From assembly GCF_964188315.1 (NCBI RefSeq), contig NC_135656.1, positions 36,580,001 to 36,644,000 of the forward strand: DNA of 64,000 nt, read 5' to 3'. How positions within the stretch are numbered: position 1 is the stretch's first letter; each line of letters opens with the position of its first letter. Position numbers and translations under genes: made by a program. Of this stretch, positions 35,807 through 48,426 are shown one piece after another. The DNA comes from Podarcis muralis (Eukaryota). Below the pieces are notes generated by a model. It searched no databases, was not told where the DNA came from, and saw only the letters and a list, made by a program, of their open reading frames with translations.

Positions 35807-36380
35807 TTCCCTGAGAGCTAATTCCTCGGCATTTCTTCCCCTTTGTTCTTTTCTGGCACTAAATTTCAATGCACTGGAGAGTCCATTTATCATGGGAAGC
35901 TTCTCTCTGCATTAACATTTGGTGACAAACTGTTGACTGCGGACATTTGGAGCCAAGGGTTGTCATACTATCTCAGACCATTTACAGATGAAAGCCGTGG
36001 CACAGGGAGTTCTGCACATCCAGAAATGCTGAGAGCAAACTATGCCGGGGGAGATGGGAGGGAGGGACAAGTGTGCCAGACTTGGGCTAGTTTTACCTAT
36101 GGCTGGTTATTCTGGAAGGAAAATAAATGGAAGGCGACTTCTTCTTTTTAAATGTGCCTCTTATGTGAAATAGGGGAGTTAAGCTTATTCGTGGTTGTTT
36201 CTGTGATGGAGCAGTTTTTACAAAGATAAGGTTACAGAATTCCTGGCATTTGGGAATAGAGATGAGAAGGCCTGACAGAAAACCAGAAAAATGAGGATGG
36301 GGGTTGCAGAAGAATGGGGTGTGTGTGTCCCCACTCCACATTTTCTGGTTTCCCCCCAGACCTTCACATCTCTAAACCAG

Positions 36381-36508
36381 GAATGGTGACGCTGTGGTCC
36401 TCCAGCTGGTGATAGACTCCAGTTCTCACTGGAGAATGGTCAATGGTCAAGGAAGATGGGAGGTTTTGGTCCAAGAACATCTGAAAGGTCAGAGGTTCCC
36501 CATCCCTG
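36381..36508. mobile_element. Old palindromic hAT MITE
   Basis: Degenerate gtggtcctccagctg...catctgaaaggtcagaggttccccatccctg. Confidence 0.45.
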
Positions 36509-36519
36509 ATGGTCTAGAC

Positions 36520-36705
36520 CCATGGTTCCCAACGTGGGGCACACGTCCCACAGGGGAGCAATTAGATTCTTAAGGGGGGCAATTTGAGAATGAGTTATTA
36601 ACAATGAATGGCCTTTTAGGCTTCCTCCACGTGAACAGGAGTTCATTTTTTGAATAAAAAGAATTATACGTCATGGGAGGGAGGGCATCAAGTCCTATAG
36701 CCATG
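36520..36705. mobile_element. hAT non-autonomous element of the 17455 family, right end missing
   Basis: gtctagac|ccatggttcccaac, with an interior (gagaatgagttattaacaatgaatggccttttag) shared with 17455. Confidence 0.75.
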
Positions 36706-38035
36706 CCAAGAGTGTCTCTAATTCAGGCCCCGCCCTTACAAGAAAAGTTAAAAAATATTCATGGTGCATGTGACGTGTGTGGACTTCTGTCCAGCATGTT
36801 ATGTGCTGCAATTAATTGTGAGAAGGGTACTTTCCACCCAGAAAGCTCCCTACAGGGAATAATAGTAGGAATGACTTTGTCTAGTCTGGAGAAAAAAACA
36901 AGCAACAGGTGGACAGGCAGGCAAGTATGGACACTGAAATCAACTCAAGGAACAAGTTGCTCAGACTCAGGAGCCAGAGCAGAGAATTCACCAGATAGAT
37001 GCCTATTGGCTCTCTTGTGTCACCTGACAAGAGCTGAACTAGAAGCAACATCAAACGCTGCTTTGAAACCACTCTTCACTGCCTGGTTAGGAAGGCAATT
37101 GATGCACCTTATATAAAGAGACATTTGAGACCCATGAATGAATGATACTTTATAATAGTTCAATTCCAACACATCCCTCACATTCTGTCTTTAAAAATAC
37201 CTATTTTCTACCATTTGTATTTGTCACACATTGAAGTCACTGCTTTTGACAGCGAGCTGCTAAGAATACCAGATTACACTGAGAATGTATTTAGAGTTTG
37301 TGCTGTGGAGACAATGCACAAAGCAGAAAGAGATTCATCTTTTAGTAATGCCCATTTTGTAAGAGGCAATAAAGATACAGCATCCGGTAAAGAGATAAAC
37401 ATGCTATAACTAAGCTGGAGTGGCAAAATTGGAGACAAGAGACAAAGCAGGGGGAATGGGGAATTAAATTAATGTGTGCACTTTTTTTAAAAAAAAAGAT
37501 ATATAAAAAAGAGTCAACTCCCAGTCACCTCATACTGAAAATGAGCTGCCTTGGGGAAAGATATATCTTACAGGGAGTTTTTGAAGGATGATAAATACTG
37601 TAGTCAGTCTATTATAAACTGCGGTGTGAGCTGAATCTTAATCAAGACACAGAAATATAAATCTAAAAATAATAAAGGGAAAATCAATATTGATGCTCAG
37701 GAATAAAAGTACTATATTTTTGTTAGTAAACGTTTTTAAGGTCCCAGGGAAAAAATTATTTGAGAGAACCTACAGTAATTTACTTTAATTTCAATAGCTG
37801 GCAAGCTCCCAGAACGTTTGGGTGGAATTTATACCATTGCCACAAAACAAGCTTATATATAAACAAACAGCATTTATTACTTCACTGCTGGTAGCCTACC
37901 GAGGCACCAGAAAAATGTGCTAGCAGACTGGGAATGCACCAATGGCAGCATTTCTGTGAACTCTACTTAATACCATGGTATCATTTGATTATTAGGAAAA
38001 CACAGTACAACCTACAGACAGGGACTGTATACTTA

Positions 38036-38039
<4 letters not shown>

Positions 38040-38093
<54 letters not shown>

Positions 38094-38094
38094 A
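38040..38094. repeat. Compound (CT)n(CA)n microsatellite
   Basis: Read directly from the sequence. Confidence 0.97.
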
Positions 38095-38699
38095 TTACAT
38101 TAATAATAATAATTTATTCTTTTTCCAATAAAAGATTCTCAAAGCCGCTTACAAAGATGTAAAATACAAAAATGCCATAAAAACAAACAGGGAACAATGA
38201 ACAATAATCCCAGGGTCATGGGTTTGGGACTAGATGACCTGTGGCATACCTTTCAGCTCTATGTTTTTATACATAGTGCCAAAAGTGTTCCTCCACCAAC
38301 AGCACAACAAGGAGGCTTTTCCACTAGGGCTACTGGGACACAGCCCTCCCAATAAGAATGTTAGGCAATTTTTAACCACCCATCCCAAAAAACCCCACCC
38401 TCAAAGCCACATACTCTTTCCTGTCCCCCACACTTTTTACACTTCCATGAACTGAAAGAGGCTTGTAGAGACATTTCTGTCAAACTCTGGGTTCTCTGGC
38501 CAATCAGCTCTCTACAGATCTGTAGAGAGGCGCTTAAAAGCAGCCACTCTTAATATTCAAAAGTCTGCTGAGAGACCTATGGGGAGGGATCTCTTTGCCT
38601 TAGTCATACTCTTGGATTACGTGAGTGACTTAATTTCTATATGAGATGTATGGAGTGAAAATCATGTCAGAAAATCACACTTGTTCCCTCTTATAGGAA

Positions 38700-38844
38700 A
38701 GCTCTTTCCCGGTTGTCTCCCTCTTCTATCTCTGACCACTCTTCATCATCCCACCACCAATCTCCTGGCTCTGAGTTTTCTTCCCTTGAGAGTTCCCCAG
38801 CCGGTTCTTCCCACCATTCCTCTATGTCCAGCTGGTCCATGGCA
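38700..38844 (-). mobile_element. LTR-like fragment
   Basis: Minus strand starts tgccatgga and continues purine-rich (gaggaatggtgggaagaaccggctggggaa...gagtggtcagag), resembling a recalled lacertid LTR family. The other end was not found. Confidence 0.45.
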
Positions 38845-40466
38845 TCAGGTTTCCCCATCTTTGTTCAGCTAACCAGTTTTGTTTTGAAGGGGAAATGGCT
38901 GGGACAGCATTTAAGTCTTTCCCACCACCACCACCACCTGAACAGAAATTTGCCCTGAAAGTGTGCTCATTTTAAAATGTGCTTAACATGACATGTAGCT
39001 TGGCCCTTGGTGTAAGATCAAATTTCAACAATCATATATGTCCCCTGTCTACGTAGCCCCCTTATCTGCTCCCCCCATGTGCCCCCCATTAAACAATTTG
39101 AAAGGGCTGAATAGGTTCTGAAATTGAAACTCACTCTAAATTGTGTTCAGTCATTTGTCTTAAAATATCACTTTTCGATAGTTATGTGACAAAGATGCAA
39201 AGAGGCATGACAGAGACTATCTGTGCCATTATCTTACTCCGATATAGCTTACGGGAGTGTAATATTCCATGAGCTTTCTTGGGCTCAAACTCTGAAGTCT
39301 GTTTCCACAGAAACGTCCATAGCACATTTCACAGAAATTCTTGCGGAACAGCTAATGTGACACAACGTCCTCATTTGGAAGAAATGAAAGGAGCATTTGA
39401 GAGTGCGATAGCCAAACACTCATTTCTAAGTTAATACTTTTTGATAAAAGAGCAGCTGACAGTTAATGGAACTGGTAAAAACTCTCTGTGAGTAATAGAC
39501 CCAATTGCCATCTGTAGTAAAATGCAGCCTTTTATTTGAGCTGTGGCAATTTTGTACCAGCTGGGAATCTTGACCATTAGGCCTCATTAGAAGTATAGCC
39601 CATTTTCCAGCTAAAAAGTCCCCCCAGAAGCCAATTCTGATTTCATCTGAATTAGCACTGATCATCAGAATACTAATAGGAAAGTTCATCTCCACTTAAC
39701 TAGCTTGTTCAAGTGGCTTGCAGCGGAATACAAAGTCCTCATAATTTTCAAGAGATTATCCAAGAATGGAAGAGAAAAACAAAACAAATAGAAGACTGAA
39801 CTGCAATAAGATTGGAGGCCTCTGGTGGCCCCACTGCAAGAAGTGTGGCGCTTCTGGTGGCCAGCTGCTCTACACAGCAGCTTATTCTTGCAGATGTTTG
39901 TCTGGCCTCTTTTTCCTATAGCTGTCCAAATCCCTCAAAGCCAAACATTTAGCACTGTGCCTATGAAAGAAAAGGAACATGTTTCAAATAGGCATGCGAG
40001 CAGTGGGGTTTTTGGAGTGTACAGAATAATCCTAACAAGGGGCTGAGGAGAGATGCAGAAAGGCAGATTCACCGTCACATTCAGGGCCCTGTCAGCTCAA
40101 CCTGGCCAGAAGGTTGGGGGGGCGGGTTTATTTGGGTGGTTTCCACTATATTCCTGCTGTGGAATCACTCCCCCTGCACACACACCTGGTTCAGAAGCTG
40201 TCAGCACCCTGCAGCATTCTGTTTTGGGGGCTTTCCACTGATTAGTGCTAGTGGTTGTTTATTACCCACCTGCGTAAAAGCAAACAAACTGGCCACACCC
40301 CTCTTTGCTTGCAGAAGGTGACAGAGAGGTGTGCCATTGCACACACCTTCAACATGGAAGGGGGGGGGGATACAATTGCTGCCTTACTCTGAAGTATGCA
40401 TGCATACCCTCCAACATTTCTCTGATGAAAATGGGGACATACCATTCCATAATGAAAATTTTACTA

Positions 40467-40708
40467 CAGTGGTACCTCGGGTTAAGTACTTAATTCATTC
40501 CGGAGGTCTGTTCTTAACCTGAAACTGTTCTTAACCTGAAGCACCACTTTAACTAATGGGGCCTCCTGCAGCCGCTGTGCCGCCGAAGCCTGATTTCTGT
40601 TCTTATCCTGAAACAAAGTTCTTAACCTGAAGCACTATTTCTGGGTTAGCGGAGTGTGTAACCTGAAGCGTATGTAACCTGAAGCGTATGTAACCCGAGG
40701 TACCACTG
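40467..40708 (+). mobile_element. Tigger/pogo-like MITE
   Basis: TA|cagtggtacctcggg...cccgaggtaccactg|TA, perfect TIR. Confidence 0.92.
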
Positions 40709-42392
40709 TATTTATACCCCACACACCTTACTATTTATACCCCACTCTGGGCAGCTTCCAACACATATAAAAACATAATAAAACAGTAAACATTTTTTTA
40801 AAAATTCACTATACAGGATTGCCTTCCGACGGCTCGGGGGTCGGATATGCAGCTTTAGAATGAGCAGGGCTTTCACACTAAAGAGCTTGGGGTTGTTGTT
40901 TCACATGGCCCTTTTCTTGGGCCATGTTGTGCAACACCCCATGTTATTTGAATTTGTTTCTTAACTGATGGACTGGCAGGATGTTAATAATACTAATAAT
41001 TTACAGCAAAACCCTCTACATATCTCAGCTTTAAATCCCTTTGGGTTTGATGGGGCTAACACCCAGGCAAATGGGCAAAGAACTGCATCTTTAATTGCTT
41101 GCCAGATATAATTTACACCTTTCATAATCTTCCCTTGGAACAGCTCTAATATCCCAGTGGAGTCTTGCCCCATGATTTTAAATAGATTGGTGTCTTTTTT
41201 AAAAAGTTCAGGATATGTAGTTGTCCCGTCCCCCCCCCCCCTTGGTAGCACGAGGGGCCAATGCTGGGAGTCATAAACCATCTTGAAGGGGGGGGGGGAG
41301 AGAATGTGGATCGGTTACTGCCAGAGTGTGGCCTTTAAATCAAGAGCTGGAGCCAGGAAGGTTCATAAAACCAGAAGCAGGATATTTTTTTTAGCCTTGA
41401 GAATTGAGGTACTTTAAATTCCAGCCTTCAGGTTCAGTGATCTGTTGAAGAACAAACATAACGCTTAAATAGAAGGGACCTGAAATCAGGACACATTTTC
41501 CTGCTGAGTTAACCCAGGACAGACCTCCTAAAGTTTTGCTCATTTGTAATGACATTTCCCTGTATTTTAACATTCCAGAAAGAGAAAAGGCTTGCAATCA
41601 TAATGCTGCGGGAGACAGGATCTGCTGCAATATTCACCTTCAGATACATCAATAGGAGTAGCAAAAGTAATACATTTTAATAGAAAATCTCAACAACATA
41701 ACCTTGATTTCATTCTAATTGCCCTGTTGACCTGTTTCTCATGTATCAGGCTTCCCCAGCCGCGTACCCTAAATTGGACTACAGTTCTTGCCAGCCCCAG
41801 CCAGTGTGGCCATGGATCAGGAATGGTGGGAACTGTAGCCAAGAACATCTGGAGGTGATCACTTTGAGGAAGGCTGCCATGCATCTGGTCTAAGGTCTTC
41901 CCCTTGCTAAACAAATGTAGATCAAGTTCAGTCCCAGCGTTTTACCCACTACAGCTCACTGCATCCCATATGCCAGGTATGAGGAGCCATTGGCCTTCCA
42001 GATTCAACTTCCAACCATCCCTTTGAGTCCTTTACAGCAACTCTCTCCTTCTCACCAAGAGTGTTTTGCACATTACACTTCAGCAGGCCCAGAATTGATA
42101 CTGAAGGTATGCTCAACAGGGGCTTTAGCTGACCCTGGTTCTCTAAAGAACACTACTTTTGATTGACACTGCTTGGGTTACCCTGCATAATGGCCTGTGT
42201 TGGCAATGCTGAGGACTGTTGTTTGTTTGAAGAACTGTCAGAGAACAGGTCTCTTTTTCAAGTTTAGTTTTAGGAGAGGGGCCCATAATAAGAGAATGCA
42301 GGGGCCCAGAAATTGCCTATCAACAGCAAACTGAGCTCACAGTCTTCCCCATTGTGGTGAGATGTATTGAATTATTATTTAAAATATAGAAC

Positions 42393-42394
<2 letters not shown>

Positions 42395-42436
<42 letters not shown>
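42395..42436. repeat. (AC)n microsatellite
   Basis: Read directly from the sequence. Confidence 0.98.
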
Positions 42437-42437
<1 letters not shown>

Positions 42438-42929
42438 AGATATACCTTTTTGGTGATGCATCCGTGGTCACCCTGGCCTGGCAAAATTCAGCATTTGACA
42501 CTACATCAGAAAAGGCAAAGGAAAAGTGAAAATTTCCTATTATTTTCATTGAGGTCTCATAAGCAACCTAAGCACACACTTGGATCACACGTTTGGAATC
42601 ACAACTATGCTTTCTAAAAAAATGCATCTGCCACATGGGAGATGGCTTGAAACATTTCTGAATGCAACTCAGCTCCTTCTGCACTCAAGACAGCTGCGAT
42701 GAACATATCAGTTGAAGGGCAAGGGCTGCAGAGTAATAGAGTTTTGAATTGCATTATTGCCCCGCCCCAACCCTTTAGATTCTACAGATAATAAGTGCAA
42801 GCCATTCAGTTGTCTTTGTCCTCTTTGTTCCTGAGAACAAAATGGACCCCCTGCTCTGCCTTCAGTAATGCAGGACTGGAGAAAGGAGAAGAGTAGCCTG
42901 CAGCTTCTGCTCCTGGGTGTAAGATGGAC

Positions 42930-43095
42930 TCCATTATTACTAATAATTTAGCACACAACACAATCCACAAAGTGCTTTGCAATTGCTCAGCACTTTCCCC
43001 GTCAAAGCCGCTCTCTGAAGTAGCCAATTACTGGCCCTGCTTCCACAAATGGAGGAGCGAAAAACTGAGAGGTAGCTATTTGCCCAGGGAAACAA
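42930..43095 (-). mobile_element. MIR/Ther1-like SINE, old
   Basis: aagtgctttgca...ccctgcttccacaaatggaggagcgaaaaactgagaggtagctatttgcccaggg resembles the reverse MIR core. Confidence 0.45.
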
Positions 43096-43729
43096 TAGTT
43101 GAGTTGTTGTGGTTTCTTTAAAATCCTTATTTCCATAGTGCGAGGCTGGCATTTTAGACACCGGACCACACTGGCTCCTTATACTTACTCTGACGATAAC
43201 AAGCATAACTTCAAGCCCATCCACCTCCATCCACACCACTGCACTAACTTTTCCCTGATGTGTTATATGTGATTTATGCAGGACCCCATTCTGTCCACAA
43301 GCATAAGACTCTTTGATTTTAATGAGGTGCTCTATAGAAAGGAGATGGCCAGCCTTTCAGCATTCGAGCCGATTTACCTTTGGGAGTTGGGCAGGTGCAG
43401 GTGGTGCTTTTCAGGTCCCTACAGCATAAGCTTTGCATCAAAGTTCCCTCATCTGCACAATTGTTAATGGTACAGGGACCCTAAAGTTTACAGTCTGGCC
43501 ATCCTTGCTATAGAGGATGAGTCTTCTTCCTGGTGGCCTAAGCATTTCAAATGCAAAAAGGCTTATGCAACAGAAGTCTTTCCCTTTAATGATCGACTTG
43601 TTCAGCCCATTCTTTAATCCAAAGGAACTGCATAGCATGCATGTAGCAAAAGCAACATACTGAAACACTTTGGTGAATTAGAACGATGGACAGGCAGAAA
43701 AGTCTTTCCAGCAGGAAAGCTGCAGGCAG

Positions 43730-43870
43730 AACTGAGATTGGGAAGAAATTTGATTCAGATTGCACATAAAAGCAAACCTACCTAATTCGCCCTTTCTGGA
43801 ACGGTACCAGAACCAAAACACAGCCATTCTTTGAAATTCACATTTCTCCAAAGGGTTGAAAATGTGAGTC
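43730..43870 (+). mobile_element. Fragment of the 30130 repeat family
   Basis: aaacctacctaattcg...aaaacacagccattctttgaaattcac. Confidence 0.5.
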
Positions 43871-45010
43871 CTATTTCTGGGCTGGTAAAGAATGGAGCTG
43901 TTAAGCACTTGATTGAATTTTTAAGAAAACCCTACAGCTCACATATGCATTGCTGAACAGGCTCCATCCCATCATTTCAGAATGACTGACAGTGCAGCCC
44001 TATGTGCGTCTACACAGAACTAAGTCCATTTGAGTCCAGTGGGACTCCTAGAGCTGAAGCCTTAATTATACAAATTAACAATTATCTTAATTATTCTCCT
44101 CCTTCCCGGAGTTGTGGCCATCATAGAGCAGCAGCTAGCTGTTGTTATCTGAGATTACATGAGTAAAAAAAAAATATGGTTGGTTTCTTGACAGTTAGAA
44201 CATCTTCTTTGTGGAGATTGCTCAGTCATTACATTTGCCAAGATCGGTGTGCTATTTATTCAAAGATTAGATCTACTCTGGCAACACTGAAATGCAGAGC
44301 AGAAATGTCACCTGGCTGCTCTTTAATTATGAAGGAAGCATCCACCCCCTATTCGCCCGCTGAGAATGATAGATGCTGTTAAGTTCTCAAAGTATTCTTT
44401 TGTGCTGTTTAAACACTAAAAAGGCCTGTGCCACCTGAAAAGACCAACAAATATATTGCAGCCTGAGTTTTGTCAGCCAAAGCCACTTTAGCAGAGGCAA
44501 TAATAATACTTCTCTTTTTGTAAGTGAAGCCAAGAGACCGAGTAATGCAAGGGACAGCAGAAGGAGGTGAACTGAGCACAAATGAATGCAAGACTCAGCG
44601 AAACCATAAGATCGTGTTTATTGTGACCCACTCCCAACCGGTTGTGCTTGTAAGCCCCTGAAGAGGCCAACTGCATGCTGTACAAAGCCAACCAAGATCT
44701 CTAAACCTACTAAAGGACATCTTGGATATAATACAAGCTCTAGAAATGAGGTTTCTCCTTTCCATCTCCCACTCTGCTCTTTGGCGCTTTTCTTTTTTAA
44801 ATCTGGATTTATTTTCAGGTGGAATGAAGGAGATTTGGTAGTCTTTTTATTCATTTTTCAGCATTTTGCCTTAAGCAAGACTCCAAACTCCCAATAACCT
44901 TTGGAATGAATCAAGGACAGGCTGTTTGCTCAGGTTTCCAATGAGATACAAGTGTGACTGCTTTCTTCCCTGGGAGGTGTAAGAATCTGAATGTCATCAT
45001 TGTACGAGAA

Positions 45011-45382
45011 CAGGGATTGGGAACCTCAGGCTACGGGGGACAATTGCAGCTTTCTGGGCCTTTCTGTCTGATCGTTGGAACTCTCCTCATCCTATACCCC
45101 ATACTCAGCCCCACAACCTCTCCTGAGGCCACATCCTTGATGGGTCCTCCTTTGCCCCCTCCCCGAGTGCTTTTGCCTGGCTGGAATATGTCCTTGAACT
45201 CAGATAATGCTTCATGCTTGCCTGGCTGTTGGAACTAGCCTACTGTACAAAGGTAGCATTGACATCAATTACTCCACCCACTTTTTGCCTCTGGCCTCGC
45301 CCACTACTGGCATGTGTGACCCCCGAAAGGTTGCCCAGATAGCAATGTGACCCACAGCCTGATAAATGTTTCCATATCCCTG
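45011..45382. mobile_element. Old hAT non-autonomous element
   Basis: cagggattgggaacct...atatccctg termini and degenerate 8-bp flanks tacgagaa/cagtagaa. Confidence 0.55.
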
Positions 45383-45974
45383 CAGTAGAATGAGGTAGTG
45401 GAAGCTAAGCTGGCCCCTTCTTTATAGCAATGGATCTTTGCCAATTGATTATACCAGTAGTGGATCTGTCCAAGCTTCCTTCATGCAGATGCCTTTCATT
45501 ACTGCCGCAAATGGTTGTGGGTTGTTGTTTTTTGGCAGTTTAAAAACTTGGCAGGTGTAATTTCACTCCTTAGTTTATATTCCTAAAATGACTAAGAATC
45601 TCTTGGCAAGGTAATGTCCTTGGAAGTTAAAGTAAGGTTGGTGTTTTTTAATTACAAAAAAAAATGATAATGCAAGAGCTTCAGTTCCCAGACAGAAGAC
45701 ATGCCTACACTAGTTGTCTTTTACAGCTGAGCTTATATACGTGGCATCTGTAATGCACATCCAACCTGCTGAATCTACGCTGTAAGAAAAGGCTTCAATT
45801 TCAGAGAGAGTCAACTCTCCTTAGCCGTTCTTGGGGGATGGGGGTGGTGGCAAGTGGGGCCATTTCATACATTACAGAGGCAAACAGGGGTTTTAGTTAT
45901 TTAAATATCATCACCACCACCACCACCACCACCACTGATTTATTAATTGCCTTCTAAACAATCTCAAACTGATT

Positions 45975-46369
45975 TACTACTACTACTACTACTGCTACTA
46001 CTACTAATTTATTATTTATATCCTGCCCATCTGGCTGAGTTTGCCCAGCCACTCTGGGCAGCTTCCAATAGAGTGTTAAAAACAATACAGCATTAAATAT
46101 TAAAAACTTCCCTAAACAGGGCTGCCTTCAGATGTCTTTTAAAAATAATATAGCTGCTTATTTCCTTCAAATCTGATGGGAGGGCATTCCACAGGGCAGG
46201 TGCCACTACTGAGAAGGCCCTCTATCTGGTTCCCTGTAACCTCACTTCTCGCAATGAGGGAACCGCCAGAAGGCCCTCGGTGCTGGATCTCAGTGTCCGG
46301 GCTGAACGATGGGGGTGGAGACGCTCCTTCAGGTATACAGGACCGAGGCCGTTCAGGGCTTTAAAGGTC
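45975..46369 (-). mobile_element. L2 LINE 3' end, same family as 22160 and 63617
   Basis: Reverse complement of the 22160 element, with a (CTA)n tail on +. Confidence 0.88.
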
Positions 46370-46610
46370 CTAATTGAAAACTGTTAAAAACACCAAAAAA
46401 AAAAACACCAACTGTATTTAAAACAAAACCCTACCAAGTGGACACTCATGGAAAAGACCCACTGGGAAAGCCTGTAGGAACAAAAATGTCTCCACATGTT
46501 TCTGGAAAGGGCAGGTAGTGGGTGCCTGTCATACTTTGACAGGAATGCTATTCCATAGATCAGGGGCAGCCACACTGAAAGCTCTGCTCTAAGTTACTGT
46601 GCAGCAAGCT
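46370..46610 (-). mobile_element. Older L2 3' fragment
   Basis: gaaagcctgtaggaacaaaaatgtctcc...ctattccatagatcaggggcagccacactgaaagctct, a degenerate L2 ORF2 end. Confidence 0.45.
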
Positions 46611-46771
46611 TCTGAGATCTTTGGTACTTGCAAGAGAAACATTCCCACAGACCACAGCAATCTACTGGGTGTATAAGGGTCTCCAATAGAGCCCCCTCAA
46701 GGGAGCTTCAAAGATCACATCACACAACAGCCCTTATAGAAGATCAGATCAGATTCCAGAAAGGGGGCGTA

Positions 46772-46788
46772 TGTGTGTGTGTATGTGT

Positions 46789-46822
<34 letters not shown>
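46772..46822. repeat. Interrupted (GT)n microsatellite
   Basis: Read directly from the sequence. Confidence 0.96.
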
Positions 46823-46824
<2 letters not shown>

Positions 46825-47092
46825 CAGTCTTTGCCTTTGGCACAGTTCTGCTGTTCCCTCAGTTTAAGGCTCTTGTTGCAAATGTTTTGAGGAAGTGCTG
46901 TGGGAGTTTTTGTCCATCATTCTCTCCCATGACATCCCTCTGGCTGCCAGAATGGCTGTCTTTGGCGATTGGCGCTGCAATTTCAAAGCACTGTTGTTTT
47001 GGGACAGAGGGACCTCTTCCTTCTTTCTGACAAGTCTGGATGCCTAACAAGAATGAATCAAAGTTTATATCTCTTTTTCACTTATTCTTCAG

Positions 47093-47205
47093 GTACCACC
47101 CAGCAGTTGGCTTGATGGAGAGGATCCAGGCGATTGCTCAGAACGTCTCGGACATTGCAATGAAGGTGGATCAGATTCTTCGCAACAGCCTCCTAAACGG
47201 AAAAT
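47093..47205 (+). CDS. MGAT5B: MGAT5B internal coding exon (about exon 4), 113 nt
   Basis: Acceptor cttattcttcag| and donor |gtaaga. Encodes (R)YHPAVGLMERIQAIAQNVSDIAMKVDQILRNSLLNGK, against human GLMERIQAIAQNVSDIAVKVDQILRHSL. Phase fits both neighbours. Confidence 0.95.
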
Positions 47206-47502
47206 GTAAGAAAACCGGCAGGCTCACCAAAAAGGATGATCTGAGAGTGTGACATCTGCTTATATATTTTTATCGAAATGTTCCTGGGTACCATTGTATA
47301 CATGTGTACAAGTTACAGTTTGTTTCACTTAGAGTAGGGGAAAATAGCAATCTGGCAAGAAACCAGGGCTTAGAATCGAGGAATATTTGATTTATTACAA
47401 GAGAGAGAAATATTGATCGCTATGCAGGCCATTACATTCAATTGGACTAGCAATGTGTGGGTTAAATGAAAGGAGAGGATAGCTAGGACAACAGAGATAG
47501 CA

Positions 47503-47841
47503 GGGTAAAGGTAAAGGGACCCCTGACCATTAGGTCCAGTTGCGGCTGATTCTGGGGTTGCAGCGCTCATCTCGCTCTATAGGCCGAGGGAGCCGGCATA
47601 CAGCTTCCGGGTCATGTGGCCAGCATGACTAAGCCGCTTCTGGTGAACCAGAGCAGCGCACAGAAACACCATTTACCTTCCCACTGGAGTGGTACCTATT
47701 CATCTACTTGCACTTTGATGTGCTTTCAAACTGCTAGGTTGGCAGGAGCAGGGACCGAGCAACGGGAGCTCACCGCATCACAGGGATTCGAACTGCCGAC
47801 CTTCTGATTGGCAAGTCCTAGGCTCTGTGGTTTAACCCACA
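47503..47841 (-). mobile_element. Sauria SINE, slightly 5'-truncated
   Basis: ggtaaaggtaaagggacccctgacc...ggctctgtggtttaacccaca. Confidence 0.92.
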
Positions 47842-48290
47842 CCAAATCCAGTGAAGGAAATGGCAATAGAAGTCAAGCAGACATGCAGTGAAGTTAGCCA
47901 GTTTGGAGCTGGAGGTTAGAATCAAACAGGGTTGGCTGGGAGCAGCCTGGGTCTTGGCAGAATGAGGATAATAGAAATATAGAAGTAAGAGCTGGAAAAG
48001 AAAAATAGAGTGTGGATGGTGTATGAGAAGAGAGGGAGGGAGAGGAAAAGGTTTCTTTGGTGGGAGATGCTTGCGGAACTACTTGGGTGGTCAGTTGTAG
48101 GAAGCGGGGGGCTAGCAGAGCAGTACAAGGTTTCCCCAAGCAGAGGCTGCATGTTCCTTTAGGTCCCTAACTAAACATATGGCATAATCGCAGAAATGGA
48201 AATGAGGTGTGGGACACTGGGAAGGAGGTGATAGGAAGAGGAGTGAAACTGATGTAGGGATGGGGCAATTTGGAGTGGAACAGTCTAGTC

Positions 48291-48426
48291 CAGGCATAGG
48301 CAAACTCAGCCCTCCAGATGTTTTGGGACTACAACTCCCATCATCCTTGACCACTGGTCCTGTTAGCTAGGGGTGATGGGAGTTGTAGTCCCAAAACATC
48401 TGGAGGGCTGAGTTTGCCTGTGTCTG
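48291..48426. mobile_element. Palindromic hAT MITE, 136 bp
   Basis: caggcataggcaaactc...gagtttgcctgtgtctg, inserted after gtctagtc; near-perfect hairpin. Confidence 0.85.

Noticed and set aside
44598-44610. agcgaaacca as a second 28S fragment
   Set aside because: Only about 10 nt with no extension, which is chance level.
46628-47030. ORFs rich in CV/TH repeats (also 1732, 1850, 49614, 50452, 50716, 35610)
   Set aside because: Translations of microsatellites.
47085-47100. Exon 4 begins AG|GT, as a possible recursive site
   Set aside because: GTACCA is a poor donor and the GT is fixed by the Arg-Tyr codons.
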